Source of the DNA: an uncultured Acidobacteriota bacterium | Lineage (GTDB): Bacteria > Acidobacteriota > Vicinamibacteria > Fen-336 | Assembly (NCBI GenBank): GCA_963720545.1 | Contig: OY970399.1 | Span: forward strand, 1,504,001-1,568,000 | Reading direction: 5' to 3' | DNA: 64,000 bases | Shown here: one piece after another, positions 10,086 to 25,394 of the stretch | How the letters are laid out: each line of letters opens with the position of its first letter | Numbering within the stretch: the stretch's first letter is position 1 | Program-made: the position numbers and the translations under genes | Notes under the pieces: model-generated | The model's input: only the letters and a program-made list of their open reading frames with translations | Told to the model about the DNA's origin: nothing | Database searches by the model: none

Positions 10086-10089
<4 letters not shown>
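8572..10089 (+). CDS. Secreted alpha/beta hydrolase (TAP-like tripeptidyl aminopeptidase family)
   Basis: CGTLRVPED, LAGGPG, DQRGTG, GVSYG nucleophile elbow, GELDPVTP, GQGH. Start codon uncertain (TTG). Confidence 0.85.
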
Positions 10090-10816
<727 letters not shown>

Positions 10817-10820
<4 letters not shown>

Positions 10821-11992
10821 GCACCGCGCTCATCGTCTTCCTCAAGGAGGTGCGCGAGAACCTGCGCGACCGGCGCACCATCATCAACACGCTCGTCACC
10901 GGGCCGCTGCTCTCGCCGGTGCTGTTCGCCATCATCTTCAACGTCGCGCTGCGCCGCGAATGGACCCGTGCCGAGGCGCCGCTGCAGCTGCCGGTGGCGG
11001 GCGCCGAGCATGCGCCCGGCCTGGTGGAGGCGCTGCGCCAGCAGGGCGCGCGCATCGTCGCGGCTCCGCAGGATCCCGAAGCCGCGGTGCGCAACCAGGA
11101 CGTCGACCTGGTGCTCCGCATCCCGGAGGGCTTCGCCGAATCGTGGCGGCACAGCGAGCCGGCCCGGGTCGAGATCGTCTACGACGCCTCGCAGCGCGAC
11201 AGCTCCACCCCGCGTGCGCGCCTCCAGGGCATGCTCGCGGCATACGGCTCGCGCATCGGCGCGCTGCGCCTGGTGGCGCGCGGCATCACGCCGAGCCTGG
11301 TTGCGCCGATCGCGGTGGCGCAGCGCGACCAGTCGACCTCGCAAAGCCGCTCCGGCCTCGCCTTCGGCATGCTGCCCTACATCTTCATACTGGGCGCGTT
11401 CATGGGCGGCATGGCGCTCGCCATCGACACCACCGCGGGCGAACGCGAGCGCCAGTCGCTGGAGCCGCTGTTCGTGAACCCGGTGTCGCGCACCGCCATC
11501 CTCGCCGGCAAGCTCGGGGCGACCAGCCTGTTCTCGGTCACGACGGTGCTCATGAGCATCACCGCGTTCGCGCTTGCGGTGCCGTTCTTCCCCACCGAGA
11601 AGCTGGGGCTCACGCTCGACCTCGGCCCGCGCTTTGCCTTGCGCGTCATCCTGGTGATGCTGCCGCTCGCGGTGATGGCCTCGGCGCTGCAGACGCTGGT
11701 TTCGGCATACGCCCGCAGCCACCGCGAGGCACAGACCTACCTGTCGCTGCTGATCCTGGTGCCGGTGCTGCCCTCCATCCTGCTGGCGGTGCTGCCGATC
11801 AAGGCGAAGCTGTGGATGTTCGCTGTGCCGCTCATGGGCCAGCACCTTGCGATCCTGCGCCTGCTGCGCGGCGAGGCCCTCACAACAATGGCGATCGCCG
11901 TGTGCGTCGCCGCCACCGGCGCCGCCGCCCTGCTCGCGTGCGCCGCAACCGCGGTCATCTACCGCCGCGAACGGCTCGCGATCTCCGCCTAG
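10817..11992 (+). CDS. ABC-2 permease (NatB-like)
   Basis: KEVRENLRDRRT, DTTAGERERQSLEPL, multiple TM helices; ATGA-coupled to the ATPase. Confidence 0.88.
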
Positions 11993-12003
11993 GCGCTGGA
12001 GGG

Positions 12004-13149
12004 TCAGGCCCTTTCCAGGTGCTTCGCCAGCTCGTCGAGGCTCGCCAGGTTGTGGACCGGGAGGAAGTCGTCAACATACGGCAGCGCCGTCTGCATGCCC
12101 TTCGTCAGCGGTTCGTACTCAGGGTCGCCGAGCAGCGGGTTGAGCCAGATGACGCGGTGCGCGCCGCGCCGCAGGCGCGCCATCTCGTCGCGCAGCAGCG
12201 CTTCGTCGCCGCGGTCCCAGCCGTCGCTGATCAGCAGCACCACCGCGCTGCCGATGCGCACCCGCCGGCCCCACTCGAAGTTGAAGGCATGCAGCGCCTC
12301 GCCGATGCGCGTGCCCCCGGACCAATCGGGGACCGCCTTCGCGGCGCGTGCCAGCGCCGCGTCGACGCGGCCGCTGCGCAGCTCGCGTGTGAGGCGGGTG
12401 AGGCGCGTGCCGAAGGCGAACGTCTCGACGCTGCGCGCGTTCTCCTCGAGTGCAAATGCCAGCAGCAGCAGCATGCGCGTGTAGCGCTCCATCGAGCCGC
12501 TGATGTCGGCGAGGATCACCAGCGGGCGCGGCCGCTGGCGGCGTGCCAGGCGGCGCAGCGCCAGCACCTCGCCGCCGTGGCGCAGCGAGTGGCGCAGCGT
12601 GCGCCGCAGGTCGAGCCGCCCGCCGCGGCCGGGACGGCGGCGGCGGGAGCGGCGGGTGCGCGCCACTAGCGAGCGCGCCAGCAGCAACCGCTCGACCTGT
12701 TCGCGTTCGGCGCTGTCGAGTTCGGCGAAATCCTTGGTGCGCAGCAGTTCCTGCTGGCTGTAGGTCGCAGTCACCTGCAGCAGGCGGTCAGAGACGTCCT
12801 CGCTGCCGGGGTCGGCTTCGCCTGGGGCGAGCGGAGGCGGTTGCGCCGTCTTCTCGAAGCGCGGCTTGCGGAACCGCCGGCGCTCCCCCAACGAACGCAG
12901 GTCGAGGGTGGTGGCCGCGTCGGCCGGCTTGCGCCAGAACGCCTCGAACGCGTCGTCGAACACGGCGATCTGCTCGGGGCGGCGCACCACCAGGGTGCGC
13001 AGCGCCGAGCGCACGTCGGCGCGGCGCGTGATGTCCACGTGGTTCAGCGCCAGGACGGCGTCGGCCGCGGTCGCTGGCCCGAACTCGAAGCCGAGGCCGC
13101 GCAGCACGCCGCCGAACAGGACGACGTTGTGAAGGATTGCGCTCGTCAG
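12004..13149 (-). CDS. coxE: CoxE-like VWA domain protein
   Basis: DISGSM MIDAS, FAFGTRLT, WSGGTRIG, ISDGWDRG, WLNPL, PVHNLASL. Probable CTG start overlapping the coxD stop. Confidence 0.88.
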   Translation of the reverse strand: MTSAILHNVVLFGGVLRGLGFEFGPATAADAVLALNHVDITRRADVRSALRTLVVRRPEQIAVFDDAFEAFWRKPADAATTLDLRSLGERRRFRKPRFEKTAQPPPLAPGEADPGSEDVSDRLLQVTATYSQQELLRTKDFAELDSAEREQVERLLLARSLVARTRRSRRRRPGRGGRLDLRRTLRHSLRHGGEVLALRRLARRQRPRPLVILADISGSMERYTRMLLLLAFALEENARSVETFAFGTRLTRLTRELRSGRVDAALARAAKAVPDWSGGTRIGEALHAFNFEWGRRVRIGSAVVLLISDGWDRGDEALLRDEMARLRRGAHRVIWLNPLLGDPEYEPLTKGMQTALPYVDDFLPVHNLASLDELAKHLERA

Positions 13150-14024
13150 GCGCTGACCCGCGCGAGCAGGTCCTTGGTCCCCGTGCCGCGCACCTTGACG
13201 ACGTCTTCCTGGTACTTGAGGACGACGCCGAGCGTGTCGTCCACCACCGTCGGGTCGAGGCGCCGCTGCCCCAGCGCTACAAGCGCCGCGGCCCAGTCGA
13301 GCGTCTCGGCGATACCCGGCCGCTTGAAGAGCTCGGCGCGCCGCAGCTCCTGGATGAAGCCGGCGACTTCGCTTGCCAGCTGCTCCTCGGCAGCGGGCAC
13401 CTTGCGGCGCACGATCGCAAGCTCGGTGGCGAAGTCGGGATAGTCGATCCACGCGTACAGGCAGCGCCGCTTCAGCGCGTCGTGGATCTCGCGCGTGCGG
13501 TTCGAGGTGATGACGACCACCGGACGGTGCGCGGCGGTGATGGTGCCGATCTCGGGCACGCTCACCTGGAAATCGGAGAGCACCTCGAGCAGGTACGCCT
13601 CGAACTCCTCGTCGGCGCGGTCCACTTCGTCCACCAGCAGCACGCTGGCGCGCCCGCCGCCGCCCTCGATCGCGCGCAGCAGCGGGCGACGCAGCAGGAA
13701 ACGGTCGGCGAACAGGTCGGCCTCGTCGGGCTTCTCGCCGCGCGCCTCCAGCGAGCGGATGTGCAGCAGCTGGCGCGCGTAGTTCCACTCGTAGACGGCG
13801 TTGTGGACATCCAGGCCCTCGTAGCACTGCAGGCGGATCAGCTCGGTGTCGAGGATGGCGGCCAGCACCTTGCCCACCTCGGTCTTGCCGACACCCGCCT
13901 CGCCCTCGAGGAACAGCGGCCGGCCGAGCCGAAGCGCCAGGAAGATCGAGGTCACGAGGCTGCGCGGAGCGAGGTAGTCTGCCGCGCGCAGGGCCGCGTC
14001 GAGAGCGTCGATCGTCTCCGGCAT
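13146..14024 (-). CDS. coxD: CoxD-like MoxR AAA+ ATPase
   Basis: LEGEAGVGKT, RLQCYEGLD, LVDEVDRADEEFE, TSNRTREIHDALKRRC (alternative start 14063). Confidence 0.9.
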   Translation of the reverse strand: MPETIDALDAALRAADYLAPRSLVTSIFLALRLGRPLFLEGEAGVGKTEVGKVLAAILDTELIRLQCYEGLDVHNAVYEWNYARQLLHIRSLEARGEKPDEADLFADRFLLRRPLLRAIEGGGGRASVLLVDEVDRADEEFEAYLLEVLSDFQVSVPEIGTITAAHRPVVVITSNRTREIHDALKRRCLYAWIDYPDFATELAIVRRKVPAAEEQLASEVAGFIQELRRAELFKRPGIAETLDWAAALVALGQRRLDPTVVDDTLGVVLKYQEDVVKVRGTGTKDLLARVSA

Positions 14025-14113
14025 GCCGTTCCGCGGCTCGGCTTCGCCCTTCCTCAGCACCATCTGGCAGCAGGCTAGCACCGCCGGTGTCGAGTAACCT
14101 CGTGGGTCCACCC

Positions 14114-15914
<1,801 letters not shown>

Positions 15915-15940
<26 letters not shown>

Positions 15941-16589
15941 ATGCCACCGCGGCCAGGAGCCCGCCGCCGATGAAGCCGAGCACGATGGTGAAGGCCACCC
16001 AGAACACGAGCTGCGGGAAGAACCCGAGCCACAGGTAGCGCGACAGCAGCGGCATCGCCTGGACGGTGTCGAATCCGGCGTAGTCGTAGTGCGTGCCCCA
16101 GTTGCCGCGCATCGCCAGCAGCATGACGATCGCCACCGGCACGCGAGCCGCATAACCGTAGGCGAGCAGCACACGGCCGAGCGCCGGCCAGGCACGCCAC
16201 GCGATCGCGGCCGAGATGACCATCACCAGCCAGATGACGAGGAGGCGAGCGTGCAGGGGCATGGCGATGGCCGGCACCAGGAAGCGCAGCGCCGCCACCG
16301 CAAAGATGGCGCCGAGGACGCCGTAGCGAAAAACGCTGAGCCCGGAGCCGCGCGGCCGCTCGCCCGCCCGCAGCAGCTTCCAGGCGAAGAAGGCGCCGAA
16401 CGGCAGCGGCAGCCAGCTGATGCCGACGAGCCAGCTGACGCCGGTGGGAAAGATGCCCTGCGCCTCGGTTGCAAACAAGCGCGCGGAAAAGCCGCTGCGC
16501 TCGCCCCAGAGGCGCAGCAGCGTCACGCCCAGGGTGATGAGTGCCGGCCAGGCGATGACGACGAGCCGCCTGGCGTGCGCCGTCGTCAG
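15915..16589 (-). CDS. Hypothetical multi-pass membrane protein
   Basis: About 6 hydrophobic segments and a GNWGTHYD motif; follows coxM with a CTGA overlap; the 3' end overlaps uup by 26 nt. Confidence 0.7.
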
Positions 16590-17452
16590 GAGCGCGCCGC
16601 GGCCAGCGCCGCGCCGAGTGCGCGCTTCGCCAGCACGGTTGCGAGATGCGCCCGATACTCGGCCGATGCGTAGTGGTCGGACATCCCGTCCTTGAGCGCC
16701 GCGGAAACCTTCTCCGCCGCTGCCGCGATGGCCGCGCCGTCCATCGCCTTGCCCGTCAACATCCCTTCGGCTTCGCGGGCGCGCACCGGCGTGCCGGTGG
16801 CGCCGCCGACAGCGATGGCGCACCTCGAACACTTGCCGTCCTGCAGCGTGACGAAGGCACCCACTCCGACCACGGCGTAGCCGGAGGCCGGATGGCGATG
16901 CTTCTCGTACGCGGCACCCGAGCCCTTGCCGTATCCCGGCACCTTCACGGCAGTGACGATCTCGTCGGCCGCGAGAGAGGTGGTGAAGATGTCGACGAAG
17001 AAGCCATCGGCGCCGATCTCGCGCGTGCCCTTCGCTCCGGTCGCCACCAGCTTCGCGCCGAGCAACATCATGAGCGTCGGCAGGTCGGCGCCCGGGTCGG
17101 CGTGCGCCAGAGACCCGCCGATGGTGCCCCGGTTGCGCACCTGCGCGTCGCCGATGTGCTTGATCGTTTCCACCAGCACCGGGCATGCCTTTGCGACCGC
17201 GGGCGACGCGGCGATAGCGGCATAGGTGGTCATGGCGCCGATGGTGAGGTCCGCGCCGCCGGCTTCGATCGACGCGAGCCCCGGTATGCGGCCGATGTCG
17301 ACGAGCGCGCCCGGGCTCGCCATGCGCAGCTTCATCGCTGGCAGCAGGCTGTGGCCGCCGGCCAGCACCTTGGCCTCCTTGTTCGCCTGCAGCAGCGCGA
17401 CGGCCTCCGCGACCGTCGTCGGACGGTGGTACGAGAAGTTGGTGGTGTACAT
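16586..17452 (-). CDS. coxM: Molybdenum hydroxylase FAD subunit (CoxM/CutM-like)
   Basis: LAGGHSLLPAMKLR, IGDAQVRNRGTIGGSLAHADP. Confidence 0.92.
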   Translation of the reverse strand: MYTTNFSYHRPTTVAEAVALLQANKEAKVLAGGHSLLPAMKLRMASPGALVDIGRIPGLASIEAGGADLTIGAMTTYAAIAASPAVAKACPVLVETIKHIGDAQVRNRGTIGGSLAHADPGADLPTLMMLLGAKLVATGAKGTREIGADGFFVDIFTTSLAADEIVTAVKVPGYGKGSGAAYEKHRHPASGYAVVGVGAFVTLQDGKCSRCAIAVGGATGTPVRAREAEGMLTGKAMDGAAIAAAAEKVSAALKDGMSDHYASAEYRAHLATVLAKRALGAALAAARS

Positions 17453-17455
17453 CGC

Positions 17456-19813
17456 TCAGGCTCCCTTGCGCGCGTCGCGCATCGCTGTCCAGACCTTCTG
17501 CGGCGTCAGCGGCATGTCGATCTTCACGACTCCCAGCGGCGCCAGCGCATCCATCACGGCGTTGTAGACCGCTGGAGTGGAGGCAATGGTGCCCGTCTCG
17601 CCGATGCCCTTGACGCCGAGCGGATTGACGTTGGTGGTCGTCTCCGTCATGCCGAGCTCGAACTTCGGGAAGTACTCGGCCTTGGGTAGCGCGTAGTCCA
17701 TCATGGTGCCGGTGACCAGCTGGCCGTCGTCGGTGTAGATGGCGCCTTCCCAGAGCGCCTGGCCGATGCCCTGCACGATGCCGCCGTGGATCTGGCCCTC
17801 GACGATCATCGGGTTGATGACGCGGCCGCAATCGTCCACGGCGATGTAGCGCTTCAGGGCGATCTCGCCGGTCTCGGCGTCGATCTCCACCACCGCGATG
17901 TGCGCGCCGAACGGATAGACGAAGTTCGGCGGGTCGAAGAAAGCCGATGCCTCGAGTCCGGGCTCGAGGTCCTTCGGGTAGTTCCAGGCAACGTTCGCCA
18001 TGAGCGCGATGTCCTGGATGGTCTTCGACTTCGCCGGCGAACCCTTGACGAAGAACTTGCCGTCGAGATAGTCGATGTCGTCGGCCGAAGCCTCGAGCAG
18101 GTGCGCGGCGACTATCTTGCACTTGTCCTTGATCTTCTTCACCGCGTTCGCCAGTGCGCCGCCGCCAACCGCAGTGGTGCGGCTGCCGTAGGTGCCCCAG
18201 CCCTGCGGCGTCTGCGAGGTGTCGCCGGCATAGACCGTGACGTCGTCGGTGGAAACGCCCAGCTCGCTCGCGACGATCTGTGCGAACGTCGTTTCCTCGC
18301 CCTGGCCATGCGGCTTGGTGCCGATCATGACGTGCACCTTGCCGGAAGGATGGAAGCGCACGATGGCGCTCTCCCAGAGCCCGCCGCCGAAGCCGACGGC
18401 GCCCGCCACCTGCGACGGCCCGAGCCCGCAGATCTCGGCGTAGGTGCAGATGCCGATTCCCATGATCTTGCCGTCGCGGCGCTTGTCGCCCTGCTGCTTG
18501 CGCAGCGCCGGGTAGTCGGCCATCCCGAGCGCCTTGTCGAAGGCGCCGATGTAGTTGCCGCTGTCGTAGCTGAGGCCGGTGGCGACGGCGTGACCGTCGC
18601 TGAACGGCGCGATGAAGTTGCGCTTGCGCAGCTCCGCTGGATCGACCTTGAGTTTCATAGCCATCAGGTCCACGAGCCGCTCCACGAGGAACGTGGCCTC
18701 GGGCCGGCCGGCGCCGCGGTAGGCGTCGACGGGGGTGGTGTTGGTGAAGACGCCGTAGACGTCTTCGTGGATGTTCGGAATGTTGTAGACGCCCGAGAGC
18801 ATCAGGCCGTGCAGGATGGTTGGCACTCCCGGCGCGGCGGTGGAGAGGTACGCGCCAAGATTCGCCCAGGTGGTGGCGCGCAGGCCGGTGATGATGCCCT
18901 CCCTGGTCGCGCACATCTCGACGTCCTCGATGTGGTCGCGGCCGTGGATCGTCGACTTGTAGTTCTCGGCGCGGGTCTCGGTCCACTTGACCGGCCGGTT
19001 GGTCATCTTCGACGCGAAGATGACCATCGAGTCCTCGGGATAGTGCGGAATCTTGCTGCCGAAGCCGCCGCCGATCTCGGGCGCGATGACGCGGATCTGG
19101 TGCTCGGGGATGCCGGTGTCGAGCGACAGCAGGAAGCGCGCGATATGCGGGTTCTGCGAGGACGCCCAGAGCGTCACCTCGTTCATCGCGGGCGAGTACT
19201 GCGCCAGGCAGGCGCGGGGCTCCATCGCCGTCGGGATCAGGCGCTGGTTGATGATGCGCTCCTTCACCACCACGTCCGCAGCCTGGAACGCGGCCGCCGC
19301 GTCGCCGCCGGCCACAGTCCACTTGAAGCAGATGTTTTCGGGGACCTCGGCGTGCAGCTGCGGCGCGCCCGGCTGGGTGGTCTTGAAGGCGTCGACCACC
19401 GTGCCGAGCGGCTCATAGTCGACCTCGACGGCGTCGACGCCGTCGCGCGCGGCATAGCGGCTCTCGGCGATCACCACCGCCACCGCATTGCCGACGTAGC
19501 GCACCGTGTCGATCGCGATGGGCTCGTAGGGCGGCATCTTGATGTTGGCGTTCGGCACGGCCCACGCGCACGGGATGGGACCGAAGCCGGCATCCTTCAT
19601 CTGCTGGCCGGTGTAGACGGCGACGACGCCAGGGACGGCGAGCGCCTTGCTGCCGTCGATCGACTTGATGCGCGCGTGCGCATACGGCGAGCGCACCACG
19701 GCCATGTGCGCCATGCCGGGCAGCACGAAGTCGTCCACGTACTTGGCGGCGCCGGTGATCAGGCGCGGATCCTCGCGGCGTTTGATGGCGGAGCCGAAGA
19801 TGCGCGAGCTCAT
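17456..19813 (-). CDS. coxL: Molybdenum hydroxylase large subunit, form-II CoxL-like (not form-I CO dehydrogenase)
   Basis: [29 protein letters not shown] active-site loop, HGQG.ET, EGQIHGG, KGIGE. Confidence 0.9.
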   Translation of the reverse strand: MSSRIFGSAIKRREDPRLITGAAKYVDDFVLPGMAHMAVVRSPYAHARIKSIDGSKALAVPGVVAVYTGQQMKDAGFGPIPCAWAVPNANIKMPPYEPIAIDTVRYVGNAVAVVIAESRYAARDGVDAVEVDYEPLGTVVDAFKTTQPGAPQLHAEVPENICFKWTVAGGDAAAAFQAADVVVKERIINQRLIPTAMEPRACLAQYSPAMNEVTLWASSQNPHIARFLLSLDTGIPEHQIRVIAPEIGGGFGSKIPHYPEDSMVIFASKMTNRPVKWTETRAENYKSTIHGRDHIEDVEMCATREGIITGLRATTWANLGAYLSTAAPGVPTILHGLMLSGVYNIPNIHEDVYGVFTNTTPVDAYRGAGRPEATFLVERLVDLMAMKLKVDPAELRKRNFIAPFSDGHAVATGLSYDSGNYIGAFDKALGMADYPALRKQQGDKRRDGKIMGIGICTYAEICGLGPSQVAGAVGFGGGLWESAIVRFHPSGKVHVMIGTKPHGQGEETTFAQIVASELGVSTDDVTVYAGDTSQTPQGWGTYGSRTTAVGGGALANAVKKIKDKCKIVAAHLLEASADDIDYLDGKFFVKGSPAKSKTIQDIALMANVAWNYPKDLEPGLEASAFFDPPNFVYPFGAHIAVVEIDAETGEIALKRYIAVDDCGRVINPMIVEGQIHGGIVQGIGQALWEGAIYTDDGQLVTGTMMDYALPKAEYFPKFELGMTETTTNVNPLGVKGIGETGTIASTPAVYNAVMDALAPLGVVKIDMPLTPQKVWTAMRDARKGA

Positions 19814-20313
19814 GCCGCCCCGCCCTTCTTCTCGGCGGCCGTCGCGGCCGACATCTTCGGCGCGGCGGCGGCGATGGCCGCGACGATGTTCTGGTAGCCG
19901 GTGCAGCGGCAGAGGTTGCCCTCGAGGCCGCGCCTGATTCCGTCCTCGCTGGGCGCCGGGTTGTTCTTGAGGAGGTCGCAGGCCGAGAGGATCATGCCCG
20001 GCGTGCAGAACCCGCACTGCAGCCCGTGCTTCTCCCAGAACGCTTCCTGCAGCGGGTGCAGCTTGCCATTCTGCGCGAGACCCTCGATGGTGGTGACGCT
20101 GCTGCCGTCGGCTTGCACCGTGAGCAGCGTGCACGACTTCACCGAAGCGCCGTCGAGCAGCACGGTGCAGGCACCGCAGGTGCTGGTGTCGCAGCCGACG
20201 TTGGTGCCGGTGAGGCCGACCGTTTCGCGCAGGTAGTGCACGAGCAACTGGCGCGACTCCACCTCCGCGCTCTTTTTCGCGCCGTTGACGGTGATGGTGA
20301 CGGTTTGTTTCAT
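19810..20313 (-). CDS. coxS: 2x[2Fe-2S] small subunit (CoxS/CutS-like)
   Basis: [12 protein letters not shown]...[20 protein letters not shown]. Confidence 0.93.
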   Translation of the reverse strand: MKQTVTITVNGAKKSAEVESRQLLVHYLRETVGLTGTNVGCDTSTCGACTVLLDGASVKSCTLLTVQADGSSVTTIEGLAQNGKLHPLQEAFWEKHGLQCGFCTPGMILSACDLLKNNPAPSEDGIRRGLEGNLCRCTGYQNIVAAIAAAAPKMSAATAAEKKGGAA

Positions 20314-20336
20314 GGGCGGCCCCCCGGGGCGAATTG

Positions 20337-21671
20337 CTACGAAACGACTGCCTGGTCGGTGATCTCGAGTCCTTTGTCGATGATGGCGAACGCGTCGTCC
20401 AGCTGCGCCTCGGTGATGATCAGGGGCGGGTTGGTGAAGAACGTGTTCCAGCGGACGAAAGTATAGAGGCCGTTGTCACGGAAGAAGCGGCCGAGCGCCG
20501 CCATTTCTTCCGAGGCGCCGTTGAAGGGCGCCATCGGCTCCCAGGTCTTGCGGTTGCGGACGATCTCGAAGATGCCGAACAGGCCGATGTTGCGGGTCGC
20601 CCCCACGGAGGGGTGCTTTGCCTCCATGTCACGCATGCGGCGGCGCAGCGACTCCCCCATCTTCGCGGCGCGCTCGATGAGCTTCTCGTCCTCGTAGACC
20701 GCGATCGTCGCGAGCGCCGCGGCGCAGGCGAGCGGATGGCTGTTGTAGGTGAGGCCACCGGGGAACGCCTTTTCCTGGAACACCTTCGCGATGGCGGGGC
20801 GCATGCCGACGGCACCCAGCTGCACGTAGGCCGCGGTGATGCCCTTGGCCATGGTGATGAGGTCGGGCACGACGCCCCAGTTGTCGATCGAGAACCACTT
20901 GCCGGTGCGGCCGAAGCCGGCCATCACTTCGTCGGCGATGAGGAAGATGCCGTGCTTGTCGCAGATGGCGCGCAGCCCCTGCATGTAGCCGTCGGGCGGG
21001 ATCAGGATGCCGTTGGTGCCGACCACGGGTTCGACGATGACGGCGGCGATGTTCTGGCCGCCTTCGTAGCGAATCACTTCCTCGATGGCGTCCAGCGCGT
21101 CGGCGACCGGCTCCGGGTCTTTCTTCCCCCACTTGTGGAAGTCGGGGATGCGCACGATGCCGGGGATGCTCGGCTCGGCCGCCCAGCGGCGCGGGTCGCC
21201 GGTGAGCGCGATGGCGCCCGCGGTGCCGCCGTGGTACGAGCGGTAGCGCACCAGCACCTTGTGGCGGCCGGTCACGACGCGTGCCACGCGGATGGCGTTC
21301 TCGTTGGCTTCGGCGCCGCCGTTCGTGAAGAAGAACGTGTCGATGTCGCCGGGCGTGATTTCCGCGAGCTTACGGCCGAGGCGCGCGCGCGGTTCGGTCG
21401 CCATGAACGGGTTGGCGTAGGCGAGTTTCGCCACCTGGTCCTGGATCGCCTTGATGACCTTCGGGTGCGAGTGGCCGATGTTGGTGCACATCAGCTGGCT
21501 GTTGAAGTCGATGAAGCGCTTGCCTTCGGGCGTGTAGAAGTAGATGCCCTCGGCACGTTCCACGGGGATGGGATCGACCTTCGTCTGGACCGACCATTCG
21601 AAGATCGTGTGCTTGCGGCACAGTGCGACGATCTCCTGACCGGACATGGTGGGCGCAGCAGCGGTGGTCAT
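20337..21671 (-). CDS. Class III PLP aminotransferase (omega-amino acid/beta-alanine/taurine:pyruvate type)
   Basis: [39 protein letters not shown]. Confidence 0.9.
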   Translation of the reverse strand: MTTAAAPTMSGQEIVALCRKHTIFEWSVQTKVDPIPVERAEGIYFYTPEGKRFIDFNSQLMCTNIGHSHPKVIKAIQDQVAKLAYANPFMATEPRARLGRKLAEITPGDIDTFFFTNGGAEANENAIRVARVVTGRHKVLVRYRSYHGGTAGAIALTGDPRRWAAEPSIPGIVRIPDFHKWGKKDPEPVADALDAIEEVIRYEGGQNIAAVIVEPVVGTNGILIPPDGYMQGLRAICDKHGIFLIADEVMAGFGRTGKWFSIDNWGVVPDLITMAKGITAAYVQLGAVGMRPAIAKVFQEKAFPGGLTYNSHPLACAAALATIAVYEDEKLIERAAKMGESLRRRMRDMEAKHPSVGATRNIGLFGIFEIVRNRKTWEPMAPFNGASEEMAALGRFFRDNGLYTFVRWNTFFTNPPLIITEAQLDDAFAIIDKGLEITDQAVVS

Positions 21672-21687
21672 GACAGCGAACTCTCCT

Positions 21688-23073
21688 TCAAGACGAGCGT
21701 GATTTCCAGATCAGATATGCGGGCAGCCCCAGGGCCGAGATGCCAAGGCCCAGGAACGCGTTCCGCGGGTCGGCCACCGGGATGTAGACGAGGAAGAACA
21801 AGGACACCAGTATGAACAATGCCGGCGTCACCGGGTAGCCAAACGTGCGGTACGGGCGGGCCAGGTTCGGCTGCTTGCGGCGCAGCACGAAGAGCGAGAC
21901 GACCACCAGCGTGTTGAAGAGCAGCGACGAGAACGCGGTGAGCGTCAACAAGTCGCTGTAGGTGCCGGAGAGCGTCAACAGCGCGGCAACGCCGCCGGTC
22001 ATGAGGAGGCCCACCCAGGGTGTGCGAAACGTCGGGTGCACCCTGGCGGCCACGGGAAAGAATAGGTTGTCCTTCGCCATCGCGTAGACGATGCGCGCGC
22101 CGGTGAGGATCAGGCCGTTCGCGCAGCCAAAGGTGGACACCAGGATCGCCGCGGCGATGAACGACGCGCCGAGGCCGCCGATCATGCGCCGCGCCGCCTC
22201 GGTCGCAACACTATTCTCGGGAATCGCGGCCATCTCGGTGATCGGCACCGCGTAGAGATATACCGCGACCGCGGCGAGATAGAGCAAGGTCGCGCCGAGC
22301 GTGCCGTAGATGAGCGCGCGCGGCACGTTCTTCTCGGGTTCGCGAACCTCTTCGGCGACGAACGTGATGACGTACCACGCGTCGTAGGCGAAGAGCGCCT
22401 TCGCCATCGCGCCGGCGAGCGCAGCGAACAGGCCGATCTTCAGCCCTTCCGGCCCGAGCGTCAGTCCAGTCAGCGGCCGCCAATGCCCGGTTGACCCGCC
22501 GCCGAGGAACAAGGCGAATAGAACGAGCCCCAGCAGGCCCGCAATCTTCGCCAGCGTGAACACGTTCTGCACGTTCGCGCCGAGGCGCAGGCTGCGAATG
22601 TTGACCCAAGTCAGCACCACGATGATGCCGACCGCCACCGGCTGCGCGGCGTTGAAACTCATGCCGCCGACACGGAACAGGACGTTCTGCTCGCCCACCG
22701 CCGGCAGGAAGAAGGCGAGCGTCTTGGCAAAGGCGACGCACACCGCGGCGATCACGCCGGTGATGATGGCGAGGAAGTAGGTCCAGCCGTAGAGAAAGCC
22801 CATGAGCGGCCCGAACGCCTCGCGGATGAATACGTACATCCCACCCGAGCGCGGATACATGCCGCCCAGTTCCGCCGCCGAGAGCGCGCCGCAGAGGGTG
22901 AGCACGCCCCCCAGCACCCAGAGGCCGATGAGGAGCCCGGGCGTCTGCAGGAAGCCGGCCATGATCGACGGCGCGAAGAAGATGCCGGAGCCGATGACGC
23001 CGCCGATCAGGATCATGGTGGCGTCGAGGAGCCCGAGCCCGCGCACGAGCGACGGCGACGTTTGTGTGCTCAC
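21688..23073 (-). CDS. APC family amino acid/polyamine permease
   Basis: IGSGIF, AELG.MYPRSGG, FAYDAW, EEVREPEKNVP, about 12 TM helices. Start GTG 23073 (alternative 23112). Confidence 0.9.
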   Translation of the reverse strand: MSTQTSPSLVRGLGLLDATMILIGGVIGSGIFFAPSIMAGFLQTPGLLIGLWVLGGVLTLCGALSAAELGGMYPRSGGMYVFIREAFGPLMGFLYGWTYFLAIITGVIAAVCVAFAKTLAFFLPAVGEQNVLFRVGGMSFNAAQPVAVGIIVVLTWVNIRSLRLGANVQNVFTLAKIAGLLGLVLFALFLGGGSTGHWRPLTGLTLGPEGLKIGLFAALAGAMAKALFAYDAWYVITFVAEEVREPEKNVPRALIYGTLGATLLYLAAVAVYLYAVPITEMAAIPENSVATEAARRMIGGLGASFIAAAILVSTFGCANGLILTGARIVYAMAKDNLFFPVAARVHPTFRTPWVGLLMTGGVAALLTLSGTYSDLLTLTAFSSLLFNTLVVVSLFVLRRKQPNLARPYRTFGYPVTPALFILVSLFFLVYIPVADPRNAFLGLGISALGLPAYLIWKSRSS

Positions 23074-23192
23074 AAGTGAGCGGAGGCTACTCCCCGGCGG
23101 AAGTTTCGTCACGACCCCGTCTCGCGTGATGAGATGAGTGCGTGCAACAGCGCCGCCGGTCGGCGATACTCTGGCTTACGCGAGAGGAAAAC

Positions 23193-24686
<1,494 letters not shown>

Positions 24687-24699
24687 CGGCCGCGCCATT

Positions 24700-24844
24700 A
24701 AGGGGCGCTGAGGCGTCCGCAGCGCGGGCTTGGAGGCCCGCGACTCTAATGAAGGTCTTTCCAGTACCGCGGGCCGACTGAGCGAGGCCGAGTATTTTCC
24801 TGCGAGGCCCGAGCGCCCCGCGCTGAGGACGCCTCGGCGCCCTT
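24700..24844. repeat. ~145-nt nested inverted-repeat element (REP/MITE-like or structured RNA) between convergent genes
   Basis: 24703-24728 and 24817-24842 are 24/26 reverse complements; inner GGCCCGCG (24735-42) pairs with CGCGGGCC (24768-75). Confidence 0.65.
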
Positions 24845-24858
24845 GGCCCGGACGAGAA

Positions 24859-25338
24859 CTAGCGTTTGGCGGCGGAGTCGTAGACGAGGACGCGGCCGGA
24901 TTCGCGGAAGCCGTGGCGCAGGTACAAGGAGCGGCTGCGGTCGGTGGGCCACAGGAAGAGGGCGTCGACGTCGTTTTCCTTTGCCCAGTCGAGCGCCGTT
25001 TCCAGCAGGCGCGTGCCGATGCCGAGTTCCTGCCGGTCGGGGACCACGTAGAAGTTGGTGACATAGGCGTGGCATTCCAGTTCCTCGACGGGGTTCGGGA
25101 TCTTCTCGATCGCCTGCAGCCAGAGGTGACCCCACAGGCCGTCCTCGCCTTCCGCCACCCAGACGTGCCACGGGCCGGCGCCGGTGAGCCGCTGTTCCAT
25201 CCACAGCCGGCAGCGGCCCACGAACAGGTCGCGGTCTTCGCTGGGTTCGCCGATCGACTTCCTGAACGAGTAGCGCAGTGCGGCGAGCGCCGGCGCGTCC
25301 GCTGCCTGCGCCTGCCGGATCCGGAACCGGTCTGCCAT
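24859..25338 (-). CDS. GNAT family N-acetyltransferase
   Basis: IRQAQAADA, FYVVPDRQELGIGTRLL acetyl-CoA motif, LYLRHGF. Confidence 0.85.
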   Translation of the reverse strand: MADRFRIRQAQAADAPALAALRYSFRKSIGEPSEDRDLFVGRCRLWMEQRLTGAGPWHVWVAEGEDGLWGHLWLQAIEKIPNPVEELECHAYVTNFYVVPDRQELGIGTRLLETALDWAKENDVDALFLWPTDRSRSLYLRHGFRESGRVLVYDSAAKR

Positions 25339-25394
25339 GAGCGGCGACCTTAGCAGGCCCGTAGGCAGGGCGCCAATGGGCCTCGTTGGGTGTC

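Noticed and set aside
17456..19813. Aerobic CO dehydrogenase (carboxydotrophy)
   Set aside because: Lacks the form-I AYxCSFR Cu-binding motif, so CO oxidation is not supported
24740..24800. Hammerhead ribozyme (CTAATGA resembles CUGAUGA) or 6S RNA
   Set aside because: No correctly placed GAAA core, and the fold is branched rather than a 6S rod; kept only as an unclassified hairpin
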